64,000 bases of DNA from Methanobrevibacter sp. (GTDB lineage: Archaea > Methanobacteriota > Methanobacteria > Methanobacteriales > Methanobacteriaceae): positions 10,540 to 74,539 of the forward strand of contig JAFUIW010000122.1 of the NCBI GenBank assembly GCA_017473945.1. The letters run 5' to 3'. Below the pieces are notes generated by a model. It did not search any database and was not told where the DNA came from. It saw only the letters and a program-made list of their open reading frames with translations. The translations under genes and the position numbers were made by a program. Positions 10,271 through 19,587 of this stretch are shown here, in pieces. Numbering within the stretch: position 1 is the first letter of the stretch; each line of letters opens with the position of its first letter.

Positions 10271-13200
10271 CTATTTTTTAACTTTCAAATTGGTTTTTAC
10301 CTGGGAATTTAAGTATTTGACAATGACTGAATATTTTCCTACTTTCAGATTCTTGAAGTTGACTGTAGCCACACCTTTCTTATTTGTCTTAGCAGAATAA
10401 GTTTTTCCATTTATTTTAAATGTGATTTTTTTACCTGCAATAGCTTTTCCTTTACTGGATTTTAATGATGCACTATATTTAATCTTTTTAGATTTTTTCA
10501 CACTGGTACTTTTAGCCTTTAATACTTTATTAACAGTCAATGTGTTTTTAACAGTTGATCCCTTATAAGTTGCAGTTATTGTATATTTTCCAGGAGTTAA
10601 ACTGAATGCCTTTGAGGCATAGCCGTTCTTATCTGTTTTAACATTATATGTTTTTCCTGCAACTTTCATGACTACAACTTCATTTTTGCCAACAACCTTA
10701 CCATTCTTTCCAATGACTCTGACTTTAAATGTGATTTTACCGTCATAATCCTTAACTACATTTTTATTATAGGTAATCTTGGACGGATTTTTAACAGTAT
10801 TGAACGAAAAGCTTTGATTATTAGCTTTAAAGGTAATTGAATTTTTGGCAGGCACTGTTATTGATTTTGAAAGATGTCCTTCAGAAACGTACAAATCATT
10901 TCCACCTGTCAAGGCCACTTTAAATACAGGCAATAACTCCGAAGAATTTAACTTAGATACTGTTCCATTAGCGTTAGTTATCTGATTAAAACTGATATCA
11001 ACGGCCATAGTCTCATATTGCATCTGTTTACCAGTTGTCTTTAAGTCCATGAAAATCCAATCAAAATCATCGGAAATGTTGCCTGAAATTAATTCATTGA
11101 AATCAGGACTGTTTTCACCCCACCAGTTATCGGTCAAACTGCTGTTGTGATTGTTTAGATATATTGCATTCCCTTGTGAAGCCTTATTGGCAAATAATGC
11201 AGAATGAATTAAATTAATATCTTTTCTAGCAATAATTGCTCCACCCTCTTCTCCGGCAACATTGTTTTCAAAAACAGATCCAACAACATTCAATACATTA
11301 TTGTTATCTATAGCCCCTCCGTTTTTAGTCGCCGTGTTGTATGTGAAGTTGCATTTAATCAATGTAAGATTACCTCCATTGTCAATAGCTCCAGCACCGT
11401 AAGCCTGATTTTTATCGAATAGAGAATTGATTATTGTCAAATTCCCCGCATTGTCGATAGCTCCCCCATAACTTAATGCTGCATTAGATATGAATTGAGA
11501 ATTATTTATTAGAATAACCCCGTCAATGTTGAAAATAACACCGCCTTCATCAGAACCAGTGTTTGATTTAAAAATGGAGTCATAAATATCAACATTTCCT
11601 TTAAGTACTTGAATTATTCCCAAAGTATGGGTTACTTTATTATTTTCAAAACGGGAATCAAAAATTGAAAGTTTTTCACTTGTGAAAATCACTGCTGCCC
11701 TTTCAGCAGCGTTGTTATTGAAAATTGAATTTGAAACTGATGTAAATTTACCCTCATTATAAACTACACCACCAAGCTTTGCCTCATTTAAATTAAATTC
11801 AGATGAATAAATAGTTAAATCACCTAAATTATCAACAACACCACCATAGTTATTTGCCTTATTGTTTAAAAATTTTGAATCAGTTAAATTCAATCTTGCA
11901 ATATTATAAATAACTCCATTTTCCGCAAGATTGGAATTCATTTCGGAATTAATCATGTTTAAATTTGCTTCATTATAGATTACACCTGGACCAGCAACTG
12001 AATTGAAGCTTAAATCGGAATTTGTGATGTTCATGCAACCTTTATTATAAATTGCACCACCCATATTGGCATCATTATAATTTAAATTAAATGAATTGAA
12101 TGTTAAGTTTCCGACATTATAAATTGCACCACCTTCATTTGCAGAATTGTTAATTAACTGAACATCATTAAGACTGCCAATGACAGTTGCAAGATACAAT
12201 CCTCCACCTTTTGGTGAGGTATTGTTAGCTAAAATAACATTTTGAAGATTGCATGAAAATTTGACTCCTGCAATTGCATCTAAATAAGCTGATATTCCAC
12301 CACCGTTATCGCTAGCCATATTATTGGTTAAAATGCAGTTAGTTGCGAAAACATCTCCGGTACTGCTGCATAATCCACCACCCAAATTAGCATGATTGCC
12401 TGAAATTGTTGAATCTTCAATAATCAAAGTACCATATGAATCGGAGATTGCCCCACCGCCTTCTTCGGCAGAGTTATTGCAAATTGTGGTATTTATTACA
12501 GTCATTGTAAAGTCTGAAATGTAAGCTCCACCACCATATTGGCCAATATTTCCTCGAATATCACTGTCATAAATTTCACAGTATCCCCAGCTTTTTACTC
12601 CACCACCCAAATGGGAAGCGGTATTTGAGTAGAATTTAGAATTCTTTATAGTTAAAAATCCTCGGTTATTGTAAATTCCACCACCTCTTGTAGCGGAATT
12701 GTTAATGAAACTGGAATCTATTAATTGAATGTCGCTGAACCTATTGTAAATTGCTCCACCTTCATGAGCGTTATTATTTAAAAAAGTACAATTAATTATC
12801 CTTGTTGTGGTTTGATAAGAATCTATTGAAGACCCTCCACCTTCACCATAATTATTTTCAAATACTGAATTGTAAACCGTTAATGTAGAACCTGCATTTC
12901 CACGTATTGCACCATAATCCGCAGAATTACCTATGAATTTTGAATCACTTATTGTTAATATCCCATTACTTTCTATTGCAGCCCCATTTTCGTCTGTTTT
13001 TCCATTAGCAAAAGTAATTCCCTGAATATTGACTGTGACTTTTTTAGATATTAAAAAAATAGCAGATTTTGATTTTGCATTCAGTATTGTGCCGGATGAA
13101 TCAACGCCAAATATATTTATGTCTTTATCAATGCTTATTACTGAATCACTTACATCATAGGTTTTGTTTTCAAGATTAATTGTATCTCCGGGGTTTGCAG

Positions 13201-13303
13201 TGTCAATCAAAACTTGGATAGAATCAGAATTATCTCCAAAAGTTAAGCTTTCAGTGCCATTGTCTTCAGCATAAACTGCATTTACAATCAATAGCGAAAA
13301 CAA
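10271..13303 (-). CDS. adhesin-like surface protein with more than 20 PMP-type repeats; start codon uncertain (see findings)
   Basis: 1010 aa from TTG at 13303. Many GGAIYN / GGGIYN / GGAIDN repeats. C-terminal Ig-like modules (KVAGKTYNVKTDKNG, KINGKTYSAKTNKKG). The in-frame upstream extension to 13357 encodes the missing signal-peptide n-region. Confidence 0.8.
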   Translation of the reverse strand: MFSLLIVNAVYAEDNGTESLTFGDNSDSIQVLIDTANPGDTINLENKTYDVSDSVISIDKDINIFGVDSSGTILNAKSKSAIFLISKKVTVNIQGITFANGKTDENGAAIESNGILTISDSKFIGNSADYGAIRGNAGSTLTVYNSVFENNYGEGGGSSIDSYQTTTRIINCTFLNNNAHEGGAIYNRFSDIQLIDSSFINNSATRGGGIYNNRGFLTIKNSKFYSNTASHLGGGVKSWGYCEIYDSDIRGNIGQYGGGAYISDFTMTVINTTICNNSAEEGGGAISDSYGTLIIEDSTISGNHANLGGGLCSSTGDVFATNCILTNNMASDNGGGISAYLDAIAGVKFSCNLQNVILANNTSPKGGGLYLATVIGSLNDVQLINNSANEGGAIYNVGNLTFNSFNLNYNDANMGGAIYNKGCMNITNSDLSFNSVAGPGVIYNEANLNMINSEMNSNLAENGVIYNIARLNLTDSKFLNNKANNYGGVVDNLGDLTIYSSEFNLNEAKLGGVVYNEGKFTSVSNSIFNNNAAERAAVIFTSEKLSIFDSRFENNKVTHTLGIIQVLKGNVDIYDSIFKSNTGSDEGGVIFNIDGVILINNSQFISNAALSYGGAIDNAGNLTIINSLFDKNQAYGAGAIDNGGNLTLIKCNFTYNTATKNGGAIDNNNVLNVVGSVFENNVAGEEGGAIIARKDINLIHSALFANKASQGNAIYLNNHNSSLTDNWWGENSPDFNELISGNISDDFDWIFMDLKTTGKQMQYETMAVDISFNQITNANGTVSKLNSSELLPVFKVALTGGNDLYVSEGHLSKSITVPAKNSITFKANNQSFSFNTVKNPSKITYNKNVVKDYDGKITFKVRVIGKNGKVVGKNEVVVMKVAGKTYNVKTDKNGYASKAFSLTPGKYTITATYKGSTVKNTLTVNKVLKAKSTSVKKSKKIKYSASLKSSKGKAIAGKKITFKINGKTYSAKTNKKGVATVNFKNLKVGKYSVIVKYLNSQVKTNLKVKK

Positions 13304-13404
13304 TAGAATTAATAATAAGGAATTTAACTTTAATATTTTAATAAAATCTCCCCCTAAACCTTAAATTAATGTTATAAACAAAAAGATAATCTTAAAATAT
13401 GATA

Positions 13405-13449
13405 TGCAAAAAAAAAGAAGAAAAAAAATAAGTAATAAAATTATTACTT
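13405..13449 (-). terminator. hairpin plus T-tract terminator after ALP 13452..15248
   Basis: AAGTAATAA/TTATTACTT inverted repeat at 13430-13449, followed on the minus strand by a T8-containing tract. Confidence 0.6.
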
Positions 13450-13451
13450 AT

Positions 13452-15248
13452 CTATTTTACAGTGAATTTTACTGTTTTGGATGAAGATGCTTTGTAAGCA
13501 CTGTCACCAGCAAATTTGAAGGTTGCTTTGAAAGTACCTTTTTTAGCTATTTTTACACTGATAGTAGCTACACCTTTAGCGTTGGTAGTTGCTTTGAAGG
13601 TTTTACCGTTAACTTTAATGGTTACTTTTTTACCTTTAATAGCAGTTTTACCATTTTTCAAAGTTACTTTTACTTTAATAGCTTTTTTAACTTTAGCAGA
13701 TACTTTGGTTTTAGCAGCAGTTAAAGTGGTTGCTTTTTTGGATATGACAACTTTTGCAGTGTCAACAGCACCTTGGTATACGTTACCTTCACCTAAGAAT
13801 ACTGCAGTTACATATTTGGTTACAGCAGCGTTTTCAATAAATGGAATTTCAACACTACCATTGTTATCAGTGTATCCAGTGATATAATTATCAGCATAAG
13901 TGATAATCAATTGTTTGTTAAATAAACCTACACCGTTAGAATCTTTTAAAGTAATTACTATTTTTCCATTATCGCCAGCAAAAGCTTTAACGTCTTCTAC
14001 AGTTAAAGTGGTACCGTATAAAGTTTCATTACTGAAAACTTTGTTTGCATCTAAAGTAGTGTTTAAATAAGCATTTGAAGCGGAGAAGATTTCTTTTCCG
14101 TCAAAGTTGATTGAAACACCTTTAACATCAGAAGCTAAAACGTTGTTGGTTACATTGATAGGAGTGGTAATTTCTAAAGCAGAACTGTCTCTTACTAAAA
14201 CATGGAATAATGTGATGTTTTTAGCGTCATCATCTAATTTTTCTACTACATTACCAGTTACGTTAATGTTACCGATTTGGGTTGGGAAACCGTGAGCTTC
14301 GTTACCTTTTTCAGCAGCAATTAAAACATTGTTGTTAATAGCTTTGAAAGTGTTGTTATCAATGGTAATGTTATCGGATGATTTTTGGACACTGATAACT
14401 GGTAATCCAGACCAGTCTTTACCGTCAAGTTTGAATGAACCACAGTTTACGAAAGTGTTACCTTTGATTACAGAACCTGCAGTGGAAGCACCACCGAAGT
14501 AGATGGAGTAACAGTTACCTTCAAAGTAGTTGTCGATAACTTGGTTGGATCCACTACCTTGTGCAATGGACACACCGTCAAGAATAGGTCCGACAAAAGT
14601 GTTGTTTTTAACAGTTACTTGAGCGGATTGTCTGTAAATGTTTAAGGATTTGGAACCTTGTTCTTTATTTACAGTAGGGTCGTTAGCTAATAAAGTGGAG
14701 TATCCACCGTTGAATTTGTTGTTTTCAATGTCGAAACCAACAGTTTGCATTACAACAATACCACTGTTAAAATCTGTAAATTCACAGTCTTTTACAACAC
14801 CACCAGCAGCTGAAGAAGCACTAATACCCCATCCAGCAGTAGTTCCACCATAGGTGAAATTGTTTTTAGGGTTGGTGTCAATGAATTTAATTCCTTGAAT
14901 GGTTACGTTTTGTGCTTTAATAGCAATGAGGCCGTTACCGTCACCGTAACCTTTAATGGTTGTGGTACCTTTACCATCTACAGTAATTCCTGCAGTATTA
15001 ATTGTTACACCACTATCATTAAAATTATATTCTGCATTATTACTTATATCTACGATATCTCCAGTTTTAGCGGAATCAATTGCAGTTTGAACTGCATCAA
15101 CAGTTGCTGCAGCAGGTTGAATTGAATCTGTAGCAGCATCAGTTGCGTTTGCAGCAACAACATCAGATGCGTCAGCTGCAGAAACTGAACCGAGAGAGAT
15201 TGCAATTAAAACGACTAAAAGAAAAGACATTAATATCTTTTTATTCAT
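13452..15248 (-). CDS. adhesin-like surface protein (beta-helix plus Lys-rich C-terminal Ig-like module)
   Basis: 598 aa. Signal peptide MNKKILMSFLLVVLIAISLGSVSA. Beta-helix-like N/G/T-rich repeats. C-terminus KVTIKVNGKTFKATTNAKGVATISV...KFTVK. Visibly more C-ending codons than neighbouring genes. Confidence 0.85.
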   Translation of the reverse strand: MNKKILMSFLLVVLIAISLGSVSAADASDVVAANATDAATDSIQPAAATVDAVQTAIDSAKTGDIVDISNNAEYNFNDSGVTINTAGITVDGKGTTTIKGYGDGNGLIAIKAQNVTIQGIKFIDTNPKNNFTYGGTTAGWGISASSAAGGVVKDCEFTDFNSGIVVMQTVGFDIENNKFNGGYSTLLANDPTVNKEQGSKSLNIYRQSAQVTVKNNTFVGPILDGVSIAQGSGSNQVIDNYFEGNCYSIYFGGASTAGSVIKGNTFVNCGSFKLDGKDWSGLPVISVQKSSDNITIDNNTFKAINNNVLIAAEKGNEAHGFPTQIGNINVTGNVVEKLDDDAKNITLFHVLVRDSSALEITTPINVTNNVLASDVKGVSINFDGKEIFSASNAYLNTTLDANKVFSNETLYGTTLTVEDVKAFAGDNGKIVITLKDSNGVGLFNKQLIITYADNYITGYTDNNGSVEIPFIENAAVTKYVTAVFLGEGNVYQGAVDTAKVVISKKATTLTAAKTKVSAKVKKAIKVKVTLKNGKTAIKGKKVTIKVNGKTFKATTNAKGVATISVKIAKKGTFKATFKFAGDSAYKASSSKTVKFTVK

Positions 15249-15757
15249 GATTTTTTCTCCATTAATAATTTTTTGAAATGATACTAATATGAAATGAAAA
15301 TTATTGGATTTCGTCCAATAAATTAAATTAAATTCTATACTAGTAATAATATTTATGTAACGACATGCAATATAAATATTATCGTTTATTGATTTTACGT
15401 TTAATCGATTATTTTAATATATTAATAATATATATAGCTTAAATAATAAAAACTACTAAATAAATATTTTAAATTGAAAATAAATTTATTTAAATTTTGT
15501 TAAGATAAAAATAACCAAATAAAATAACAATTAATTAATGAAAATTATTTCACATTGAAAAAAATATAAATTTATCTATTAATTCATGAAAAAAGGCTAA
15601 ACAAAGATGTAATATAAATATAACTAATTATTTGTTAAAAAAAATAGTAATATGTTATGATTATAATTATATATCATTAAAAATAAAAATCTTTAATGTA
15701 GACAATCCTTTTATTCAAAAAAAGGAGGTGAAAAATATAAAAATAAAATATCTAGTA

Positions 15758-17302
15758 ATGCTTTCATTAATAATGGTTTTTGTAATCTCCATAACTGGAG
15801 TAACTGCAAATGAAAACACCACTGACACTATTGAATTAGCAAATCATCAAGTTTCATTAGCTACCAGTTATTATGAACCTCTCAAAGACTCATCATCATC
15901 TTTAGAAAATAAAATAGTCAACGCAGAAAACAATGACAAAATTACAATTCAACCTGGAGAATACAAGTTACATAACATCAATATTACTAAAAACATAACA
16001 ATTCAAGGAAAAGGTAATCCTCGCAATATCATTATCAACGGTGAGAATAAATCAAGCATTTTCCTCATAAGAAGTCCAGATGTGTACGTTACATTCAAAA
16101 ATATAACATTCATTAACGGATTAACAGACAATTTTGGTGGAGCAATATCGATAGAAACAGGACACGTCACTGTTGACAATTGCATTTTTGCCAACAACAC
16201 TGCATTAAACGATACCAATGCTGGAGGAATTTCCAACTACGGAACTAAGGCAGATAGAGGTTACTTATTAGTAAATAATTCATTATTCATAAACAACCAT
16301 GCAGACCATGACGGAGGAGCTATTACCACATGTTATGCTAATTCATATATTTATAACTGTGTTTTCATTGACAATTCTGCTCATCGGGATGGTGGTGCAA
16401 TAAGAGTTAGTGTTAAGGGATATGGAGATGTTCAGGACTGTATTTTTATGTTTAACCATGCAGATGAATGGGGCGGAGCATATTACAGCTGGTCAGGAAC
16501 TTCAGACATAAAAAGATGCATATTTTTAAACAATACTGCCGGAACAAACGGTGGAGCAGTAATGGTTTCAGGAGACCTTAACCTTCAGGAATCCATCATC
16601 ATGAACAACAACGGCAATGAAACTGGAGGATCATTTTACATCCAACAGCCGATGTACAACACAAAAACCGTGATAAATGTACATGACAACCTAATTACCA
16701 ACAACTCTTCCCCGTACGGTCAGGAAATATTCATTAAATGGAAAGATTCATATAATCTTTACACTCAATTTGACGATAACGATTGGGGAGATGAAAATCC
16801 TAATGATTCATCAGTAATTGACCCAGATAATGTTACACCTAGAAGCAAGGTATCCACAACAGCGAAATCAAATTTATTCAACAGATTGAATGTTGATTTG
16901 TTAGACAAGTATTCCGAGTTATTGAAAGATTATCTCCCTGACAACTCATTGAATGAGTTGAAAAGTCAATTTAAAAAACCTGAAAATAATCAAAATTCAA
17001 AAAAGGATACAAATATCCAAAAAACTGAAAATAACACTGAAAACACTGATAAAAACATTGTTAATGCAAACACTTCAACCCAAATTACCCAAAATTATGC
17101 TGCTCAAAATGCTGAAGCTGGAAATTCACCATCCTCGTCTTCAGTTGGTGAGACACAAAATGGTAAAAATGCATATGAACTGAATGAAGCACATTCAGTC
17201 TCAAAACAGGTTGAAGATAATCTAAAATATTTTATCATATTTTTAGTAATTGCAATCACACTATTTGCAATTGGATATAAAAGAAATTTAAAAAAAGAGT
17301 AA
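15758..17302 (+). CDS. adhesin-like surface protein with PMP-type repeats and C-terminal transmembrane anchor
   Basis: The ORF track starts at TTG 15632, but the signal peptide (MLSLIMVFVISITGVTA) begins at ATG 15758. GGAGGTG SD at 15724-15730; alternative starts are ATA 15737 or GTG 15728. Repeats GGAISI, GGAITT, GGAIRV, GGAVMV. C-terminal helix YFIIFLVIAITLFAIGY followed by KRNLKKE. Confidence 0.8.
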   Translation: MLSLIMVFVISITGVTANENTTDTIELANHQVSLATSYYEPLKDSSSSLENKIVNAENNDKITIQPGEYKLHNINITKNITIQGKGNPRNIIINGENKSSIFLIRSPDVYVTFKNITFINGLTDNFGGAISIETGHVTVDNCIFANNTALNDTNAGGISNYGTKADRGYLLVNNSLFINNHADHDGGAITTCYANSYIYNCVFIDNSAHRDGGAIRVSVKGYGDVQDCIFMFNHADEWGGAYYSWSGTSDIKRCIFLNNTAGTNGGAVMVSGDLNLQESIIMNNNGNETGGSFYIQQPMYNTKTVINVHDNLITNNSSPYGQEIFIKWKDSYNLYTQFDDNDWGDENPNDSSVIDPDNVTPRSKVSTTAKSNLFNRLNVDLLDKYSELLKDYLPDNSLNELKSQFKKPENNQNSKKDTNIQKTENNTENTDKNIVNANTSTQITQNYAAQNAEAGNSPSSSSVGETQNGKNAYELNEAHSVSKQVEDNLKYFIIFLVIAITLFAIGYKRNLKKE

Positions 17303-17317
17303 ATAGCTAAGCTATTT
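17301..17317. terminator. palindrome between convergent genes (possible bidirectional terminator)
   Basis: AAATAGCT-A-AGCTATTT, followed by a T-rich tract. Lies between stops at 17302 (+) and 17332 (-). Confidence 0.45.
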
Positions 17318-17331
17318 ACTTAAACTATTTT

Positions 17332-17754
17332 TTAATTTTTTAATTTATTGTTTAAGTCACGGGCAACCAAATAATAATAGATATAGAAACCGCACCATGA
17401 AACCGCTGCAAAAACACATGCTATTATTATCCACTCAACGATAATGGATAACCCCAAGTTAATTGGCATCCATTGAAGATAAATAGCTACAATGAATAGA
17501 ATTGTCATACCTATGCCCATTTGGAATGCTACTTGAAGAGGAAATGCAATATCCTCTCTTTCATAAATCAGCCCAGTTAAAGAAAATCCCCAACCGACAA
17601 CAATTGATCCTAAAAATGCATTAATTACAGTATTTCCATCAAATGATACATTTTGAGGACCATTCTGAAGGGAAATTAAAACCATAACAAACATGACAAT
17701 GAAACAACCAACAAAAGCGCCCATTGCCAATCTTTTAATTAAATCTACTTTCAT
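17332..17754 (-). CDS. DUF3021-like small integral membrane protein
   Basis: 140 aa with four predicted helices. Starts 8 nt downstream of the LytTR gene. This pairing is typical of Firmicutes LytTR modules. Confidence 0.6.
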   Translation of the reverse strand: MKVDLIKRLAMGAFVGCFIVMFVMVLISLQNGPQNVSFDGNTVINAFLGSIVVGWGFSLTGLIYEREDIAFPLQVAFQMGIGMTILFIVAIYLQWMPINLGLSIIVEWIIIACVFAAVSWCGFYIYYYLVARDLNNKLKN

Positions 17755-17762
17755 GTTTTCAC

Positions 17763-18203
17763 CTATAAATCCAAAGCCTGCTTAAAGTCAGGTAAATATT
17801 TTCTTGAGATATTATCCTTTAAACCATTCTTAAGTTCAATAAACATCATTCCTTTTAGGGATGGAGCTACTCTTTGAATCTTTTTCAAATTAACGATTGT
17901 AGTTTTGGAAATCCTTACAAAATCACTTCCTAAAGTCTCATCAACCTGATACAATGGCTTTTTAATTAGATATTCATTGTTTTCAGTATATACCTTAACT
18001 TGCTTATTTTCAACCCTGAACATATATACATCACCAAATTCCAGAAGTGCAATGTCAGATCCTTTCTTGACTGCCAACAGGTCATTTGAATCGTCACTTT
18101 CCAAAATTGACATTGCCTTTGATATGTTATCTGTCAACTCATTGGTGTGTATATCAGCATGAGGCTCTTCAATATCTCTTGAAACAAACAAATTTACCTT
18201 CAT
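17763..18203 (-). CDS. LytTR-family DNA-binding domain protein (no receiver domain)
   Basis: 146 aa. The C-terminal part (YLIKKPLYQVDETLGSDFVRISKTTIVNLKKIQRV...ISRKY) matches the LytTR pattern (F.R.H+S.IVN...I). Confidence 0.75.
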   Translation of the reverse strand: MKVNLFVSRDIEEPHADIHTNELTDNISKAMSILESDDSNDLLAVKKGSDIALLEFGDVYMFRVENKQVKVYTENNEYLIKKPLYQVDETLGSDFVRISKTTIVNLKKIQRVAPSLKGMMFIELKNGLKDNISRKYLPDFKQALDL

Positions 18204-18487
18204 GTTTTATTCCCTAATTTTTCCATTTCCTCTTGGATTTTTTTCTCACGATAGTCTTCACTATCAAATTTATCTGTTAAAACAAATGCTTTTAAAAAGT
18301 CCACAAATACACCTATTCCCCAGAAGAATACCGGAAACAGCACCCACCAAAACTCTGGAGTGCAAATCCAGTTAATCACCGCCAAAATTGCATTGACAAT
18401 TACATATGCATAGAGATTTTTGTAGAACTTGATTTTGGCATCTGCTCTTTTTTCTGCTCTTGCTCTTAAGCTACTCATTTTATTCAC
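18200..18487 (-). CDS. 2TM-domain membrane protein
   Basis: 95 aa. Basic N-terminus RAEKRADAKIKFYKNLYAYV followed by two helices. ATGA-type overlap with the LytTR gene. Confidence 0.6.
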   Translation of the reverse strand: MNKMSSLRARAEKRADAKIKFYKNLYAYVIVNAILAVINWICTPEFWWVLFPVFFWGIGVFVDFLKAFVLTDKFDSEDYREKKIQEEMEKLGNKT

Positions 18488-18746
18488 CCATTTTGGAAAG
18501 TTCTTTATTAATCATCTTTTCCCGGTAGTTTGGAGCAACCATTTCACCAAATGGATATGCCCTGAAAAAATCATGCAAAACACTAATGCCCCAAAACAGC
18601 ATTACAAAAAACAATAATGAAAAGCTATGTAAAAATACAAAACAAATCACTGCTATTATACTATTTACAATTAAGTATTTATATAAATTTTCTTCGAATT
18701 TAATCTTTGCATCAGCTCTTTTTTCTGCTTCGGCTCTAAAATCCAT
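18480..18746 (-). CDS. 2TM-domain membrane protein (paralog of 18200..18487)
   Basis: 88 aa. Shares AEKRADAKIKF..NLY.Y.IVN with its neighbour. The two genes overlap by 8 nt. Confidence 0.6.
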   Translation of the reverse strand: MDFRAEAEKRADAKIKFEENLYKYLIVNSIIAVICFVFLHSFSLLFFVMLFWGISVLHDFFRAYPFGEMVAPNYREKMINKELSKMGE

Positions 18747-18882
18747 ATTATCACCATTTGAATGTTCGTTAATATAACTTGGTGGAAGTTAATATAAATG
18801 GCTATTTGGCGATGTTTCCAAGATGCAAAAATAGGTTAGTGAAATACAAAAAATAGCTATTAAAAAAAATAAGTTGAAGTAG

Positions 18883-19587
18883 CTATAATACAGCTACCAA
18901 ATAATAAAGAATAGAAGTTACTGCAGGAACAGTTAAATTGTCTATTCCGCCATAACTGAATGCTTCACATACTGTTGCAACAGCAGAAATACCAATAATA
19001 TATACAATATTGAATTCAGGCATTGTACATCCAATTGATGCAAAAACCATCCATACAAATACACTCATTACAGTGGTTACTACAAACATAGTAAGTGATC
19101 CTTCAAGAGATTTTGTACCTCCGAATACTGTGTATTTAACTTTTCCGAATTTTTGACCAATCAATGCTGCAAAACCATCACCATAAACCATCGGAACAAT
19201 AGCTAATGCTACAATCCAAATGAAGAATTTAGGATCGTTTGCTGGTGCAATTGTTGTAAATACAGCAATTAAAATTGTCCAAATGCCCGCATAAAAGAAT
19301 AAACCTAATGCATGACCGGATTCTGTTACACTGTTTTCTATTTTAATTGGTGAGTATTCAGTCAAGAAGAATAATGCAATTGTAATCGGCAATGTTAAAA
19401 ACCAGACCATTACCCATGGATCTGAGAAAAATGGCATGGCAAATATCATGTTACCTACCATGATATGTAAAAACTTACGTGATACTTCAGGTCTTGTCTT
19501 TAAAACCAATTCAGCTACAACGAAAATGATAGCTACATAAATATATACAACAATTAATGCAAGGATGTCTGTGAATATCATCAGCAA
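18883..19587 (-). CDS. polyprenol/dolichol kinase-like membrane protein (SEC59/DGK1/VTE5, CTP-transferase-1 superfamily)
   Basis: 234 aa polytopic protein. SRKFLHIMVGN and YGDGFAALIGQKFGK motifs resemble the RK..H and GD..A..G..G signatures of this family. Confidence 0.55.
   Translation of the reverse strand: MLMIFTDILALIVVYIYVAIIFVVAELVLKTRPEVSRKFLHIMVGNMIFAMPFFSDPWVMVWFLTLPITIALFFLTEYSPIKIENSVTESGHALGLFFYAGIWTILIAVFTTIAPANDPKFFIWIVALAIVPMVYGDGFAALIGQKFGKVKYTVFGGTKSLEGSLTMFVVTTVMSVFVWMVFASIGCTMPEFNIVYIIGISAVATVCEAFSYGGIDNLTVPAVTSILYYLVAVL

Noticed and set aside
4212-15248. Possible CRISPR-like periodicity in the long repeat-rich stretches.
   Set aside because: The repeats are in-frame coding modules (Ig-like and PMP/beta-helix repeats) of variable sequence. 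There is no alternation of identical short repeats with unique spacers, and no cas genes.
15632-15757. TTG 15632 as the true start of the ALP (the ORF-track start).
   Set aside because: It would put 42 residues (MLKKIVICYDYNYISLKIKIF...) in front of the signal peptide, inside an AT-rich promoter-like region and upstream of the strong GGAGGTG SD.
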